Below, piece by piece: positions 6,729-14,463 of a DNA stretch of 14,492 bases. Location of the stretch: contig CAZTGJ010000053.1 in NCBI GenBank assembly GCA_964613025.1, forward strand, positions 1-14,492. Direction: 5' to 3'. The stretch comes from an uncultured Thermoplasmata archaeon (GTDB taxonomy: Archaea; Thermoplasmatota; DAOVMN01). How positions within the stretch are numbered: the first letter of the stretch is position 1; every line of letters starts with the position of its first letter. A program made the position numbers and the translations under genes. A model generated the notes under the pieces. That model saw nothing but the letters and a program-made list of their open reading frames with translations. It ran no database searches and had not been told where the DNA came from.

Positions 6729-8285
6729 CTACGTTTTCCTTTTCCCAATCAATGAAATAAGAACGAACAGCACCATGAGTTCCAATCCGCCCGTACCCAC
6801 AGGGATGAAGTTTTCATCGCCCTTGTCTACCGGATGCTCCACTAAGACTGATCCCAGACTCCAGTTGGTGACCTGGATGGCTCCGCTTGTGAGTTCCGCC
6901 TTTATCCAATAGGTTCCCGGATCAATATCACGTGTGTCCCATGCGTACATCCCGGTGATCTCCGAGACGGTACCCTCAACGATAAGCTGTGTCCGGGATT
7001 CATTTTTCTCCGGTGAATAATAGAGGGCCATGGTATCATTAAGATCGTTCGTCGAGATCTCACATCTGATCAGGAACTCACTGTCCGCAGACATGTTTGC
7101 GTTCGACGGCTCCACAACACTGATGGATACCTCTTCCTGACCAGGGCCTCCCGCTTCTCCATCCACTTCCTCGATGCAGTGGACAAAACCGTCCCAGGAA
7201 CCGATCCAGAGCTTTCCATCCTCGATGCATGGGGAGGATCGAACCTGTTCGTCAGACACCTTCATGACCCATACCCCGAGACCGGTCTCGAAATCGATGC
7301 AGTGAACGGTACCATCATCACATCCGACGTAGACGAATCCGTTGGCAATAGCTGGTGAGGATTGTACAAGATCTCCAGCATCGTAGGACCACTGAAAGGC
7401 ACCGGAATCCCGTTCCACACAATGCACATACCCGCTGTCCGAACCGATAACCACCATCCTTACCGATATGGCAGGGGATGAGAAGAATCCGGCTCCTTCC
7501 GGATCCTGGTAGGCCCAGAGCGGCTGCCCCGTCCTGCCGTCCAGCAAGTACAGTGTCCCTGACAGGGTGTTTCCCGAGGTTGCCACATAGACTTCCTGGT
7601 ACTGTACCGCAGCCGTGGCAATGATGAACTCTCCGAGAGGGGATGTCCAGATCATGGTTCCTGTATCCAGATTGAGACAGTAGAAATTCGATCCTGCTCC
7701 ACAGTATACTCGCCCATCCTCGATGTTCGGTGATGCCCATACTGCTGCGGATGTGAGGAAGCTCCAGACCTGCGTTCCATCATCGGCATCGACAGCGTAT
7801 ACCTGAAAATTCGAGCATCCGAACACCACAAGGCCAGAATCCACTCCGGGCGAAGAGAAGATGTCCCCATTGGCCGGGAATGCCCATTTTTCCTCCCCGG
7901 TCTCCGCATCCAGACAGTAGAGATTGTCATCATATGAGGGAAGATACACCCAGCCGTCGCTTATGGAAGCAGTTCCCTGGATCGTATCTCCGGTCTCGAA
8001 ACTCCAGATTTCGGTACCGGTCTCTGCCTCGAGACAATAGAAGGACGAATCACCGGATCCAACATACACCTTTCCCTCATACAGGATCGGAGATGTATAT
8101 ACATATCCCCCTGTCTCGAAGCTCCATTTAAATGTCGGATTCATGGGCCCCGGTTCCTCCAGGAGAAAACCGCTTCTGTTCAGATCCTTGTGAAAGGTGG
8201 TCCATTCTCCATTCACATTTGTCACAAGAGATGAGCCTGTTATGATGAGTGCAATACACAAGAAAATCACAGATAACCGCTGCAT
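6729..8285 (-). CDS. Secreted PQQ-repeat beta-propeller protein with a C-terminal beta-sandwich region and a TM/basic-tail anchor (PGF-CTERM-like variant)
   Basis: Signal peptide MQRLSVIFLCIALIITGSSLVTNVNG. At least seven PQQ-type repeats (G.VY.GS.DG.LYCLDAETG...W.F). C-terminus PVGTGGLELMVLFVLISLIGKRKT is a glycine-rich motif, a hydrophobic helix and KRK, as in archaeosortase-type sorting signals. Confidence 0.85.
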   Translation of the reverse strand: MQRLSVIFLCIALIITGSSLVTNVNGEWTTFHKDLNRSGFLLEEPGPMNPTFKWSFETGGYVYTSPILYEGKVYVGSGDSSFYCLEAETGTEIWSFETGDTIQGTASISDGWVYLPSYDDNLYCLDAETGEEKWAFPANGDIFSSPGVDSGLVVFGCSNFQVYAVDADDGTQVWSFLTSAAVWASPNIEDGRVYCGAGSNFYCLNLDTGTMIWTSPLGEFIIATAAVQYQEVYVATSGNTLSGTLYLLDGRTGQPLWAYQDPEGAGFFSSPAISVRMVVIGSDSGYVHCVERDSGAFQWSYDAGDLVQSSPAIANGFVYVGCDDGTVHCIDFETGLGVWVMKVSDEQVRSSPCIEDGKLWIGSWDGFVHCIEEVDGEAGGPGQEEVSISVVEPSNANMSADSEFLIRCEISTNDLNDTMALYYSPEKNESRTQLIVEGTVSEITGMYAWDTRDIDPGTYWIKAELTSGAIQVTNWSLGSVLVEHPVDKGDENFIPVGTGGLELMVLFVLISLIGKRKT

Positions 8286-8480
8286 GGGGTGGAGGGATAA
8301 ATGCTCCCTAATAAATGTATAGGTGGGAAGGTGGGTTATGGATCATAGAACGGTGGTGAGATGGCGTGGGGTGGAGGGAATGGATGCAGTGAGGGAAGAA
8401 GTATAGGGGGAGCTCAAGTATGAGGGAGAATGTGGAATTCGGGGAGAGAGAGGAGGATGGGAAATGGAGAGAGGGAAGCG
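8286..8480. repeat. GA-rich purine (plus strand) low-complexity block with repeated gggtggagggaa / ggtgggaagg motifs
   Basis: Read directly. Contains the divergent promoter region between the PQQ gene and the MtnA-family gene. Strong purine excess on the plus strand. Confidence 0.5.
8306..8322 (-). promoter_or_regulatory. TATA box (tacatttattag on the minus strand) ~29 bp upstream of the PQQ-protein ATG; leaderless
   Basis: Plus strand ctaataaatgtat at 8308-8320. ATG at 8283-8285. Confidence 0.45.
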
Positions 8481-8516
8481 AATGCATGAAATGAGAGTCA
8501 AAATCCCGGACATCCC

Positions 8517-8534
8517 GGAAAATTATTTATGTGA
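8517..8534 (+). promoter_or_regulatory. BRE/TATA element ggaaaattatttatgtg
   Basis: Same 16-bp core as at 59-75. Lies ~50 bp upstream of the ATG at 8584, with gagg 8 nt before the ATG as SD. Confidence 0.45.
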
Positions 8535-8583
8535 TTTCCAGGCTTTCACCGAAAATCAACAATGACTTAACCGAGGCATCACC

Positions 8584-9591
8584 ATGAAGATCATCATCGA
8601 CGGCGAGATCAAAGATATGCCCGCGCTCTGGTTTCAGGATGACAGGATCCGATTCATCGACCAGCGCAAGCTCCCCTACTCACTGGAATTTTTCGACGCC
8701 ATCACTGTGGAGGAGGCAGCCTATGCCATCAGGAACATGGTGGTGAGAGGGGCACCGGCCATTGGAGCTGCAGGAGCCTACGGTATGGCCCTGGCATCCA
8801 TCACTGGAATGGATATCAACGAAGCACATCAGATGCTCGGTGCCACCCGACCCACGGCACATGATCTCTTTTATGCCATCGACCGTCTCCGTGACATTAT
8901 AGTCAAAGGTGAGGATCCGATCACGGCCTCGGAGGAGTACGCCAGGGATATCATTGAGCGGTGCAGAAAGATCGGAGAGAACGGTGCTCATCTGATTCCC
9001 GATGGAGGGAATGTGCTTACCCACTGTAATGCAGGAGCGCTGGCAACCGTGGATCATGGAACTGCTCTCGCACCAATGAGAGCCGCACATAATCAGGGGA
9101 AGGATTTTTTCGTGTATGTGGACGAGACCAGACCCCGCATCCAGGGACGCTTGACAGCATGGGAACTCACCCAGGAGAACATACCTCACCGGATCATCCC
9201 TGATAATGCCGCAGGCTACTTCATGAAGAAGGGTGATGTGGACATCGTGATCACCGGTGCGGACAGGATCACTCGGAACGGTGACGCTGCCAACAAGATC
9301 GGCACCTATGAGAAGGCGGTCCTTGCTAAGGAGAACGGTATCCCCTTCTACATTGCCGCACCAGCTTCCACCTTCGACCTGAAGCTTCCCCACGGGGACG
9401 GCATCGAGATCGAGTTCAGAGATGAGAAGGAGGTAACCGAGTTCCAGGGGTATCCTCTGTTCGGCTCAGGTGAGAAGGCACTCAATCCGGCATTCGATGT
9501 GACTCCGGTGGAATACATCAAGGGTTTCATCACAGAGTATGGAGTATTTGCACCGGAGAATCTGGAGGATTTCTTCAGTAAGTTCGAGTAG
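8584..9591 (+). CDS. mtnA: S-methyl-5-thioribose-1-phosphate isomerase-like protein of the eIF-2B alpha/beta/delta family (could alternatively be ribose-1,5-bisphosphate isomerase)
   Basis: N-terminal MtnA-type extension with DQRKLP, then VRGAPAIGAAGAYGMALA, a Cys-containing THCNAGALAT motif and GADRI, characteristic of the MtnA/e2b2 isomerase family. 335 aa. Assignment within the family made by eye. Confidence 0.75.
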   Translation: MKIIIDGEIKDMPALWFQDDRIRFIDQRKLPYSLEFFDAITVEEAAYAIRNMVVRGAPAIGAAGAYGMALASITGMDINEAHQMLGATRPTAHDLFYAIDRLRDIIVKGEDPITASEEYARDIIERCRKIGENGAHLIPDGGNVLTHCNAGALATVDHGTALAPMRAAHNQGKDFFVYVDETRPRIQGRLTAWELTQENIPHRIIPDNAAGYFMKKGDVDIVITGADRITRNGDAANKIGTYEKAVLAKENGIPFYIAAPASTFDLKLPHGDGIEIEFRDEKEVTEFQGYPLFGSGEKALNPAFDVTPVEYIKGFITEYGVFAPENLEDFFSKFE

Positions 9592-9598
9592 GTATTGA

Positions 9599-10078
9599 TC
9601 AGGATTCAGAAATATAGGAATCACATGTCGGGCAATAGTAATCTCGTGAATTCCCGGCATTTTCAACGATCTGATTGCAGAAGGGACACCTTCTGGACCT
9701 CCCAGCACGTCCTCCGTCGCCTCTGTACAGTGAATCACCGATCACCTCCTTGGTATCGATGAGATCCGAATTTAGCTCCTGATAGTTCCTCATGTGGTCC
9801 ACCACGGTTGTTCCCTTCGGGATGCCCTCAGCAACATCCCGCATGAGCCACCATCCGAATCGATTAATCCTTCTGTTCGTGAAAAATCCGTACCCGAACA
9901 GGAACAGGCCAACGATCAGGGTGAAGCAGCAGGTCGATTCTGCAAGAGGGGAATTGGTACCGGTCAAGATGATGGATAGGAAAAGCCCGGCACAGAACAC
10001 GACCAGGCTCATAAGCTGGATCTGCTGCTCGCGTTTCATCTTTCTCTTCTTTCTTCTTTTTCTTGATGAAGATGGCAT
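9599..10078 (-). CDS. Hypothetical membrane protein: basic N-terminus, two TM helices, C-terminal CPFC-x12-YYCPTC zinc ribbon (alternative GTG start at 10114)
   Basis: ORF-track ORF 9599-10114 begins with GTG. An in-frame ATG at 10076-10078 is preceded by aaggtgg (SD-like), and a TATA-like ctttttaag lies at ~10131-10139. TM segments LMSLVVFCAGLFLSIILTG and CCFTLIVGLFLFGYGFF. Stop is 7 nt from the convergent mtnA stop. Confidence 0.5.
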   Translation of the reverse strand: MPSSSRKRRKKRKMKREQQIQLMSLVVFCAGLFLSIILTGTNSPLAESTCCFTLIVGLFLFGYGFFTNRRINRFGWWLMRDVAEGIPKGTTVVDHMRNYQELNSDLIDTKEVIGDSLYRGDGGRAGRSRRCPFCNQIVENAGNSRDYYCPTCDSYISES

Positions 10079-10408
10079 ATATTCCACCTTGGATGATCTC
10101 TTCTTATTGTGCACAGTTTGATCTGGACGACTTAAAAAGTTTGCTCTTTGTTATTATTCTGTTCCTTGTGTTTTTTTTCACCTCTTCACTCTGGATATCT
10201 GCCTTCCTCCGCACTCTTCACGACTCCGCGTGATCATCATGTGGTCACTTCATTGAGCCTTTTTGATCTTTGCGAGATTCTATCGATATTTCAGTTCCAT
10301 TCAACCGACCATACAATCCCAATATTAACGAATCTGAGTAATTGGTATCATCTGTGGAATCCGCGATCTCCGCACCTCCGCGCGAGTAAATCAATCCACC
10401 ACCAACAT

Positions 10409-10421
10409 TCTTATATAAATG
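10409..10421 (+). promoter_or_regulatory. TATA box ttatataaat ~20 bp upstream of the acd ATG; leaderless
   Basis: Canonical archaeal TATA octamer at 10411-10420. ATG at 10439. The ORF-track ORF starting at 10148 is an upstream read-through of intergenic DNA. Confidence 0.55.
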
Positions 10422-10438
10422 CGCCCAAACCCTACCCC

Positions 10439-12571
10439 ATGGAACCGGATGACATCTTCTCCCGGGTCCGCACCGCCGGACGAAGGGAGCTGTCAGAACA
10501 GGAATCGAGACTGGTATTCGAACAGTACGCTATCCCAGTTGTGGACGGTGAGATAGTCGAGACTGTCAAGGATGCAAAGGATACCGCCCAGAAGATGCGT
10601 TATCCCGTTGTGCTGAAGATCGCATCCCCCGATATCCTGCACAAGACCGAGGTCGGGGGGGTGAAGACCGCCATCTACTATCCCGAGGATGTGGAACTGG
10701 AGTTCAATGCCATTCTCAAGAGTACCCGGGAATCCCGCCCCGACGCACGGATCGACGGGATCATGATCCAGCCCATGGAGAGACGGGGTCTCGAGGTGAT
10801 CATCGGTGGCGTTCAGGATGCGGTGTTCGGGAGCATCGTCATGTTCGGGCTGGGAGGGATACTCACCGAGGTGCTCAGGGATGTGACCTTCGGACTTGCC
10901 CCCGTTTCCCGGGAGCGGGCGTTGGAGATGGTGGAGGGGATCCAGTCAAGATCGCTTCTGCATGGGTACCGTGGGAAGCAGGGGATCGATACCGATGCGC
11001 TCGCTGACATCATCGTCAAGGTCTCTCACCTCATGGAGCACCCAGACGTGGCTGAGGTTGATGCCAATCCTGTTTTTGCAAAATCCGACGGTTCGGTGTG
11101 TGTTGATGCCAGGATCATTCTAACGGATGCTGATGCCGATACCGATATACAATCTCTGGGTGGGGAGGGGGAAGAAGGGGGGGAGGATGCGGATATGGAA
11201 GCGTCCTCTGATGAGGTCTCAAGCATCGCCAGGATATTCTCACCGGAGTCAGTTGTTCTTGTGGGCTCCTCGAAGATCAGGCGTAAGGGAAGGATGGCGT
11301 CACCCGAGCTGTTCAGGGATATCAGGTATAACATGGAAACATATTTCTCAGGCGAATTCACGGTGTTCGATATCGAGGAGAATGATCTCGACAATCTATC
11401 AAGGATACAGGCAGACACCGCAATCATTGCCCTTCCATCGGAGGAGAGTCTTGAAGCTGTAAGCCATCTGAATGTGAGCGCAATCATCCAGATCGACGGA
11501 GCCTTTTCCACGGAGATGAGGAAAGAGTATCTTGAAAAGATCCATAGGAAGCACGTCCGTATGCTGGGCCCAACCACCATAATGGGGGTCATCAGCCCGG
11601 AGATTGGGTTCAATACATCATTCGAACGGGATCTCATGCCCACCAGCGGCCACATCGCAGTTCTTTCCCAGAGCGGTGGGGTGGGTGCGATCCTTCTCGA
11701 CTGGGCCAAATATCATGGCATCGGGATCTCCCGGTTTGCCTTTATGGGGGAGAAGCTGGATGTTGGGGATGCTGAACTTCTGACCTTTCTGGATTCAGAC
11801 CCCGATACAAAGGTCATCTGCATCTACATGGAAGGAGTGAAGGACGGCAGGGAGTTCGTCGAACTTGTGAAGGGTATCCATAAACCCATTCTCGTACTGA
11901 AAGGGGGGACCAGCGAGGCATCAAAGAAGCGGGCCGCCTCTCATACCGCATCCATGGCAGGGAGCGATGAGGTGTTCAATGCCGCATTCCATGATGCCGG
12001 GGTCCTCAGGGTGAACTCCATCGATGAGCTTTTCAACGGTGCACGGGGTCTTATCTCCCAGCCCCCCATGAAGGGTACCCGGGTTGCCGTGGTCAGTAAT
12101 GTGGGAGGGCCTGCCATCCTTGCAGCCGATGCTCTGGAAAAGGAAGGACTTCAGCTTGCGAACCTCACCCTGGAAACCCGGAGTTCACTTTCCACCGCTT
12201 TCCCCGAGATATTCCCGACAGCCGATGATGTCATCAATCCCATCGATACAATAGCAGATGCGAAAGCCGACAGATTCGAATCTATCATCGAGGATATTCT
12301 GAAGGACCCTGAAGTGGACGGTGTAATGGTGATCAATATGCTCAAATCAACCTTCTTCGATCCCGAAGGGGCGTCTATTATTGCAAAGGTGGTTTCCGAT
12401 TCCCAAAAACCAGTGGTTGACGTCCCTGCCGGGGGAGAGGATTATTTCAAGGTCAGAGATGTGCTCAAGGGGACGGACCTTCCAGCCTACGATCTTCCGG
12501 AAAAGGCGGCAAAGGTGCTTCGTCTTCTGTATGACCTTCACCTCGCACTGCAGAAGAAGAAAAAAGTGTGA
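10439..12571 (+). CDS. acd: ADP-forming acetyl-CoA synthetase (NDP-forming acyl-CoA synthetase), single polypeptide in beta (ATP-grasp) then alpha (CoA-binding/ligase) order
   Basis: The N-terminal ~230 aa match the ACD beta subunit (PVVLKIASPDILHKTEVGGVK, MFGLGGILTEVLRDVTFGLAPVSRERALEM, ALADIIVKV, DANPVFA). An acidic linker TDADADTD...GEGEEGGEDADME follows. The C-terminal ~450 aa match ACD alpha (LSQSGGVGAILLDWA, IYMEGVKDGREFVELVK, catalytic AASHTASMAGSD, DLPAYDLPEKAAKVL). Start chosen at Met98 of the ORF-track ORF. Confidence 0.85.
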   Translation: MEPDDIFSRVRTAGRRELSEQESRLVFEQYAIPVVDGEIVETVKDAKDTAQKMRYPVVLKIASPDILHKTEVGGVKTAIYYPEDVELEFNAILKSTRESRPDARIDGIMIQPMERRGLEVIIGGVQDAVFGSIVMFGLGGILTEVLRDVTFGLAPVSRERALEMVEGIQSRSLLHGYRGKQGIDTDALADIIVKVSHLMEHPDVAEVDANPVFAKSDGSVCVDARIILTDADADTDIQSLGGEGEEGGEDADMEASSDEVSSIARIFSPESVVLVGSSKIRRKGRMASPELFRDIRYNMETYFSGEFTVFDIEENDLDNLSRIQADTAIIALPSEESLEAVSHLNVSAIIQIDGAFSTEMRKEYLEKIHRKHVRMLGPTTIMGVISPEIGFNTSFERDLMPTSGHIAVLSQSGGVGAILLDWAKYHGIGISRFAFMGEKLDVGDAELLTFLDSDPDTKVICIYMEGVKDGREFVELVKGIHKPILVLKGGTSEASKKRAASHTASMAGSDEVFNAAFHDAGVLRVNSIDELFNGARGLISQPPMKGTRVAVVSNVGGPAILAADALEKEGLQLANLTLETRSSLSTAFPEIFPTADDVINPIDTIADAKADRFESIIEDILKDPEVDGVMVINMLKSTFFDPEGASIIAKVVSDSQKPVVDVPAGGEDYFKVRDVLKGTDLPAYDLPEKAAKVLRLLYDLHLALQKKKKV

Positions 12572-12760
12572 GAAATAGCAGATTATGATGTATTGGAAGT
12601 AGAAGAAAAAAAGGTGTGGGAAATACTGATGATGATGTATTGGAAGTAGAAGAAAAAATTGTGAGAAATAGAAGCTGATGATGATACATAGGAAGAAGAA
12701 GTGTGAAATACAGATGGGAAAGATGAGTAAGGAGAATTAGATGAATAAGATGAAATAGGG
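12566..12760. repeat. ~47-bp purine-rich tandem repeat x4 (gtgtgagaaata...gatgatg...ggaagtagaagaaaaaa), degenerate
   Basis: Copies start at 12566, 12614, 12661 and 12701. The first copy contains the acd stop codon (12569-12571). The array fills the 196-bp gap between the convergent acd and dys stops. Confidence 0.7.
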
Positions 12761-12767
12761 TGAATTA

Positions 12768-13703
12768 TCAATCCAGAATTGCCGCAGTAAGCAAGGGAAG
12801 TATGATCGTGGCATCCCCCTCGATGGTGACATACTTTGCATCCGTACGGACCTTGCCCCAGGATACTGCTTCCCGCACCCTGGCCCCGCTGAGAGAACCG
12901 TCATATTCCGGAGCTGTAGTAATGTAGACCGCAAAATCCAGTCCGTCCCTGAACTGGTTCCACCATATGGTGTGATGTTTGGAGATCCCTCCCCCGATCA
13001 TCAGGGCTCCGGTCCTCTGGGCGGTGAATACAATGTCCGAGAGTTCATTCTCGTCTTTGAACAGATTGATCCTGAAGTCGCGGTGTTCCTGAGTGAACAT
13101 CCAGAGCTGGGAACCGAAGGCTCCGTCTGTGATCCCCGGCACATAGACAGGGATCTTATTTTTCCAGGCCCAGTGGATGATCGTTGATTCCTCGGCCCTT
13201 TTCCCAAATTCCCAGATCAGGTCGTTGGTACCGTACTCCTTCTTCCCTGACTCATACAGCTCTTTGAGGATAGGCTGCATCCACTCCTCCAGCACTTTTC
13301 CGTAGGAATCATTTGGGACAAGGATGTTCCCCAGTCGATTCACTCCCTGTTCGTAGAGTTCAGCATCATCCATGAGGAAATCACCGTGATAGTATGGAGC
13401 CCTCATCCGGGCTATATCATGGTCGAGGGTTCCGCAGGTGGTGATGATAACATCCACCATCTTCCGTTTCACCAATTCTCTGATCACTCCCCGCATACCC
13501 GTAGAGATGGGTGCCGCAGGGAATGAGAGGAAGACCGTACATTCCGGATCCTTCACCATGGTGTTCAGGATATCCATGCCAACAGCCAGCTTCTTTCCCG
13601 TGAAACCTCCTGCTGCAAAATACATCTCCATGAGCTCTTTCACTGATAGATCACTGGTCAGTTCAAAATCGGTGACAACCGGCTGCGTATCGATGTCAAG
13701 CAT
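12768..13703 (-). CDS. dys: Deoxyhypusine synthase
   Basis: 311 aa with the DHS Rossmann core (VFLSFPAAPISTGMRGVIRELVKRKMVDVIITTCGT, LMIGGGISKHH, NAD/spermidine-site motifs). Confidence 0.9.
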   Translation of the reverse strand: MLDIDTQPVVTDFELTSDLSVKELMEMYFAAGGFTGKKLAVGMDILNTMVKDPECTVFLSFPAAPISTGMRGVIRELVKRKMVDVIITTCGTLDHDIARMRAPYYHGDFLMDDAELYEQGVNRLGNILVPNDSYGKVLEEWMQPILKELYESGKKEYGTNDLIWEFGKRAEESTIIHWAWKNKIPVYVPGITDGAFGSQLWMFTQEHRDFRINLFKDENELSDIVFTAQRTGALMIGGGISKHHTIWWNQFRDGLDFAVYITTAPEYDGSLSGARVREAVSWGKVRTDAKYVTIEGDATIILPLLTAAILD

Positions 13704-13765
13704 GAGAATCCCTTTAATTATTTGAATGATTGAATAAATAACAAGATGAGAACAACGGTCCCGTA

Positions 13766-14437
13766 TCAGTAATCGGGAACCATATTCTGCTGTCTGAGCT
13801 CAGCTTCCATCCTCTTCCGTGCTGCTCTGATATCAGCGGGATGACGCGGCCGTTTCGGGAGTGCGAGTTTTTCCTCGAGCTCCCTGTTCCTGTTCCTGAT
13901 CGTGGCCTCGGTGAGACCGGTGGAAATGGATATGGTTCTCTGGGTGAGTTTCTCATTGTGCTTCAATGCGGAATGATAGATCACAGCGGCAACCACGCTC
14001 ATGGGATTTCTTCCGGACATGAGTCCCGACTGTTCCGCCTGTTTGAGAAGGGCTACCGCATCATCCATCGTTTCATCCTTGAGCTTGAGTTCCTTGGAGA
14101 GTTTCATCATGGTATCCTCGGAATTGATGGGGATGGTCTTGAGATCAAGTTCCTTGACAAGCAGCCGGTACATCCTTCCGATGGCCTTTTTCTTGGGCTC
14201 TGCATTTCTGGCAATGTCATCCAGGGTCTGGGGTGCTTTATGGATCCTTAAAGCCGCATACAGAGAGGCCGAGACAACTACCTCGATACTTCTCCCCCTC
14301 ACGAGTCCCTCATGGGATGCCCGGTTATATATCTCTAGAGCGGTCCTCTGAATGTCCTCTGAAATATGCAAATTTTTTATGATTGAATCCAGTACAACTT
14401 TTACAATAAATTCACGTCTGTTGGATGCGTTTACCAT
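13766..14437 (-). CDS. TFB/TFIIB-like protein comprising only the two-cyclin-fold core domain (no N-terminal Zn ribbon, B-reader or B-linker)
   Basis: 223 aa. LEIYNRASHEGLVRGRSIEVVVSASLYAALRIHKAPQTLDDIARNAEPKKKAIGRMYRLLVKEL and GLMSGRNPMSVVAAVIYHSALKHNEKLTQRTISISTGLTEATIRNRNRELEEKL align closely, from memory, to the TFB core of Thermococcales (LYREAVRKGLIRGRSIESV...TLDEIA...EIGRSYRFI...GLTSGKSPAGLVAAALYIA...TQREVAEVARVTEVTVRNRYKEL). Its own TATA box lies immediately upstream of the ATG, so the truncation is not an ORF-calling artefact. Confidence 0.8.
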   Translation of the reverse strand: MVNASNRREFIVKVVLDSIIKNLHISEDIQRTALEIYNRASHEGLVRGRSIEVVVSASLYAALRIHKAPQTLDDIARNAEPKKKAIGRMYRLLVKELDLKTIPINSEDTMMKLSKELKLKDETMDDAVALLKQAEQSGLMSGRNPMSVVAAVIYHSALKHNEKLTQRTISISTGLTEATIRNRNRELEEKLALPKRPRHPADIRAARKRMEAELRQQNMVPDY

Positions 14438-14463
14438 GAATGCAACCTCGTCCCCTCGTGATA

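Noticed and set aside
6551-6912. Plus-strand ORFs 6551-6760 and 6574-6912 (MWQGGGEGRGWCEP..., MNISIEIRCGRVGGRGEGG...)
   Set aside because: They are Gly/Trp-rich translations of the G-rich block and antisense to the PQQ gene 3' end. There is no coding signal.
7318-8131. ORFs 7318-7740, 7652-7933 and 7880-8131 overlapping the PQQ gene
   Set aside because: They sit inside the propeller CDS in other frames, show no domain signal and are arginine/cysteine-rich frame artefacts.
8680-9738. Minus-strand ORFs 8680-9393, 9348-9533 and 9466-9738 opposite mtnA
   Set aside because: They are antisense to a well-supported CDS. The 9466-9738 ORF also overlaps the C-terminal Zn-ribbon gene in another frame.
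10148-10438. N-terminal 97-aa extension of the acd ORF in the ORF track (MLLFCSLCFFSPLHSG...)
   Set aside because: It reads through the divergent intergenic region. A canonical TATA box (10411-10420) lies inside it, 20 bp before Met98. Homology to ACD beta begins only after Met98.
11026-11709. 227-aa minus-strand ORF inside acd, plus small plus-frame ORFs 10896-11123 and 11127-11462
   Set aside because: They are antisense to or frame-shifted within the ACD CDS, and their Ser/Arg-rich composition is typical of GC-skewed antisense frames.
13001-14351. ORFs 12972-13187, 13001-13207, 13438-13725, 13714-13956, 13841-14251 and 14001-14351 overlapping dys and the TFB-core gene
   Set aside because: All lie within or antisense to the two well-supported minus-strand CDSs.
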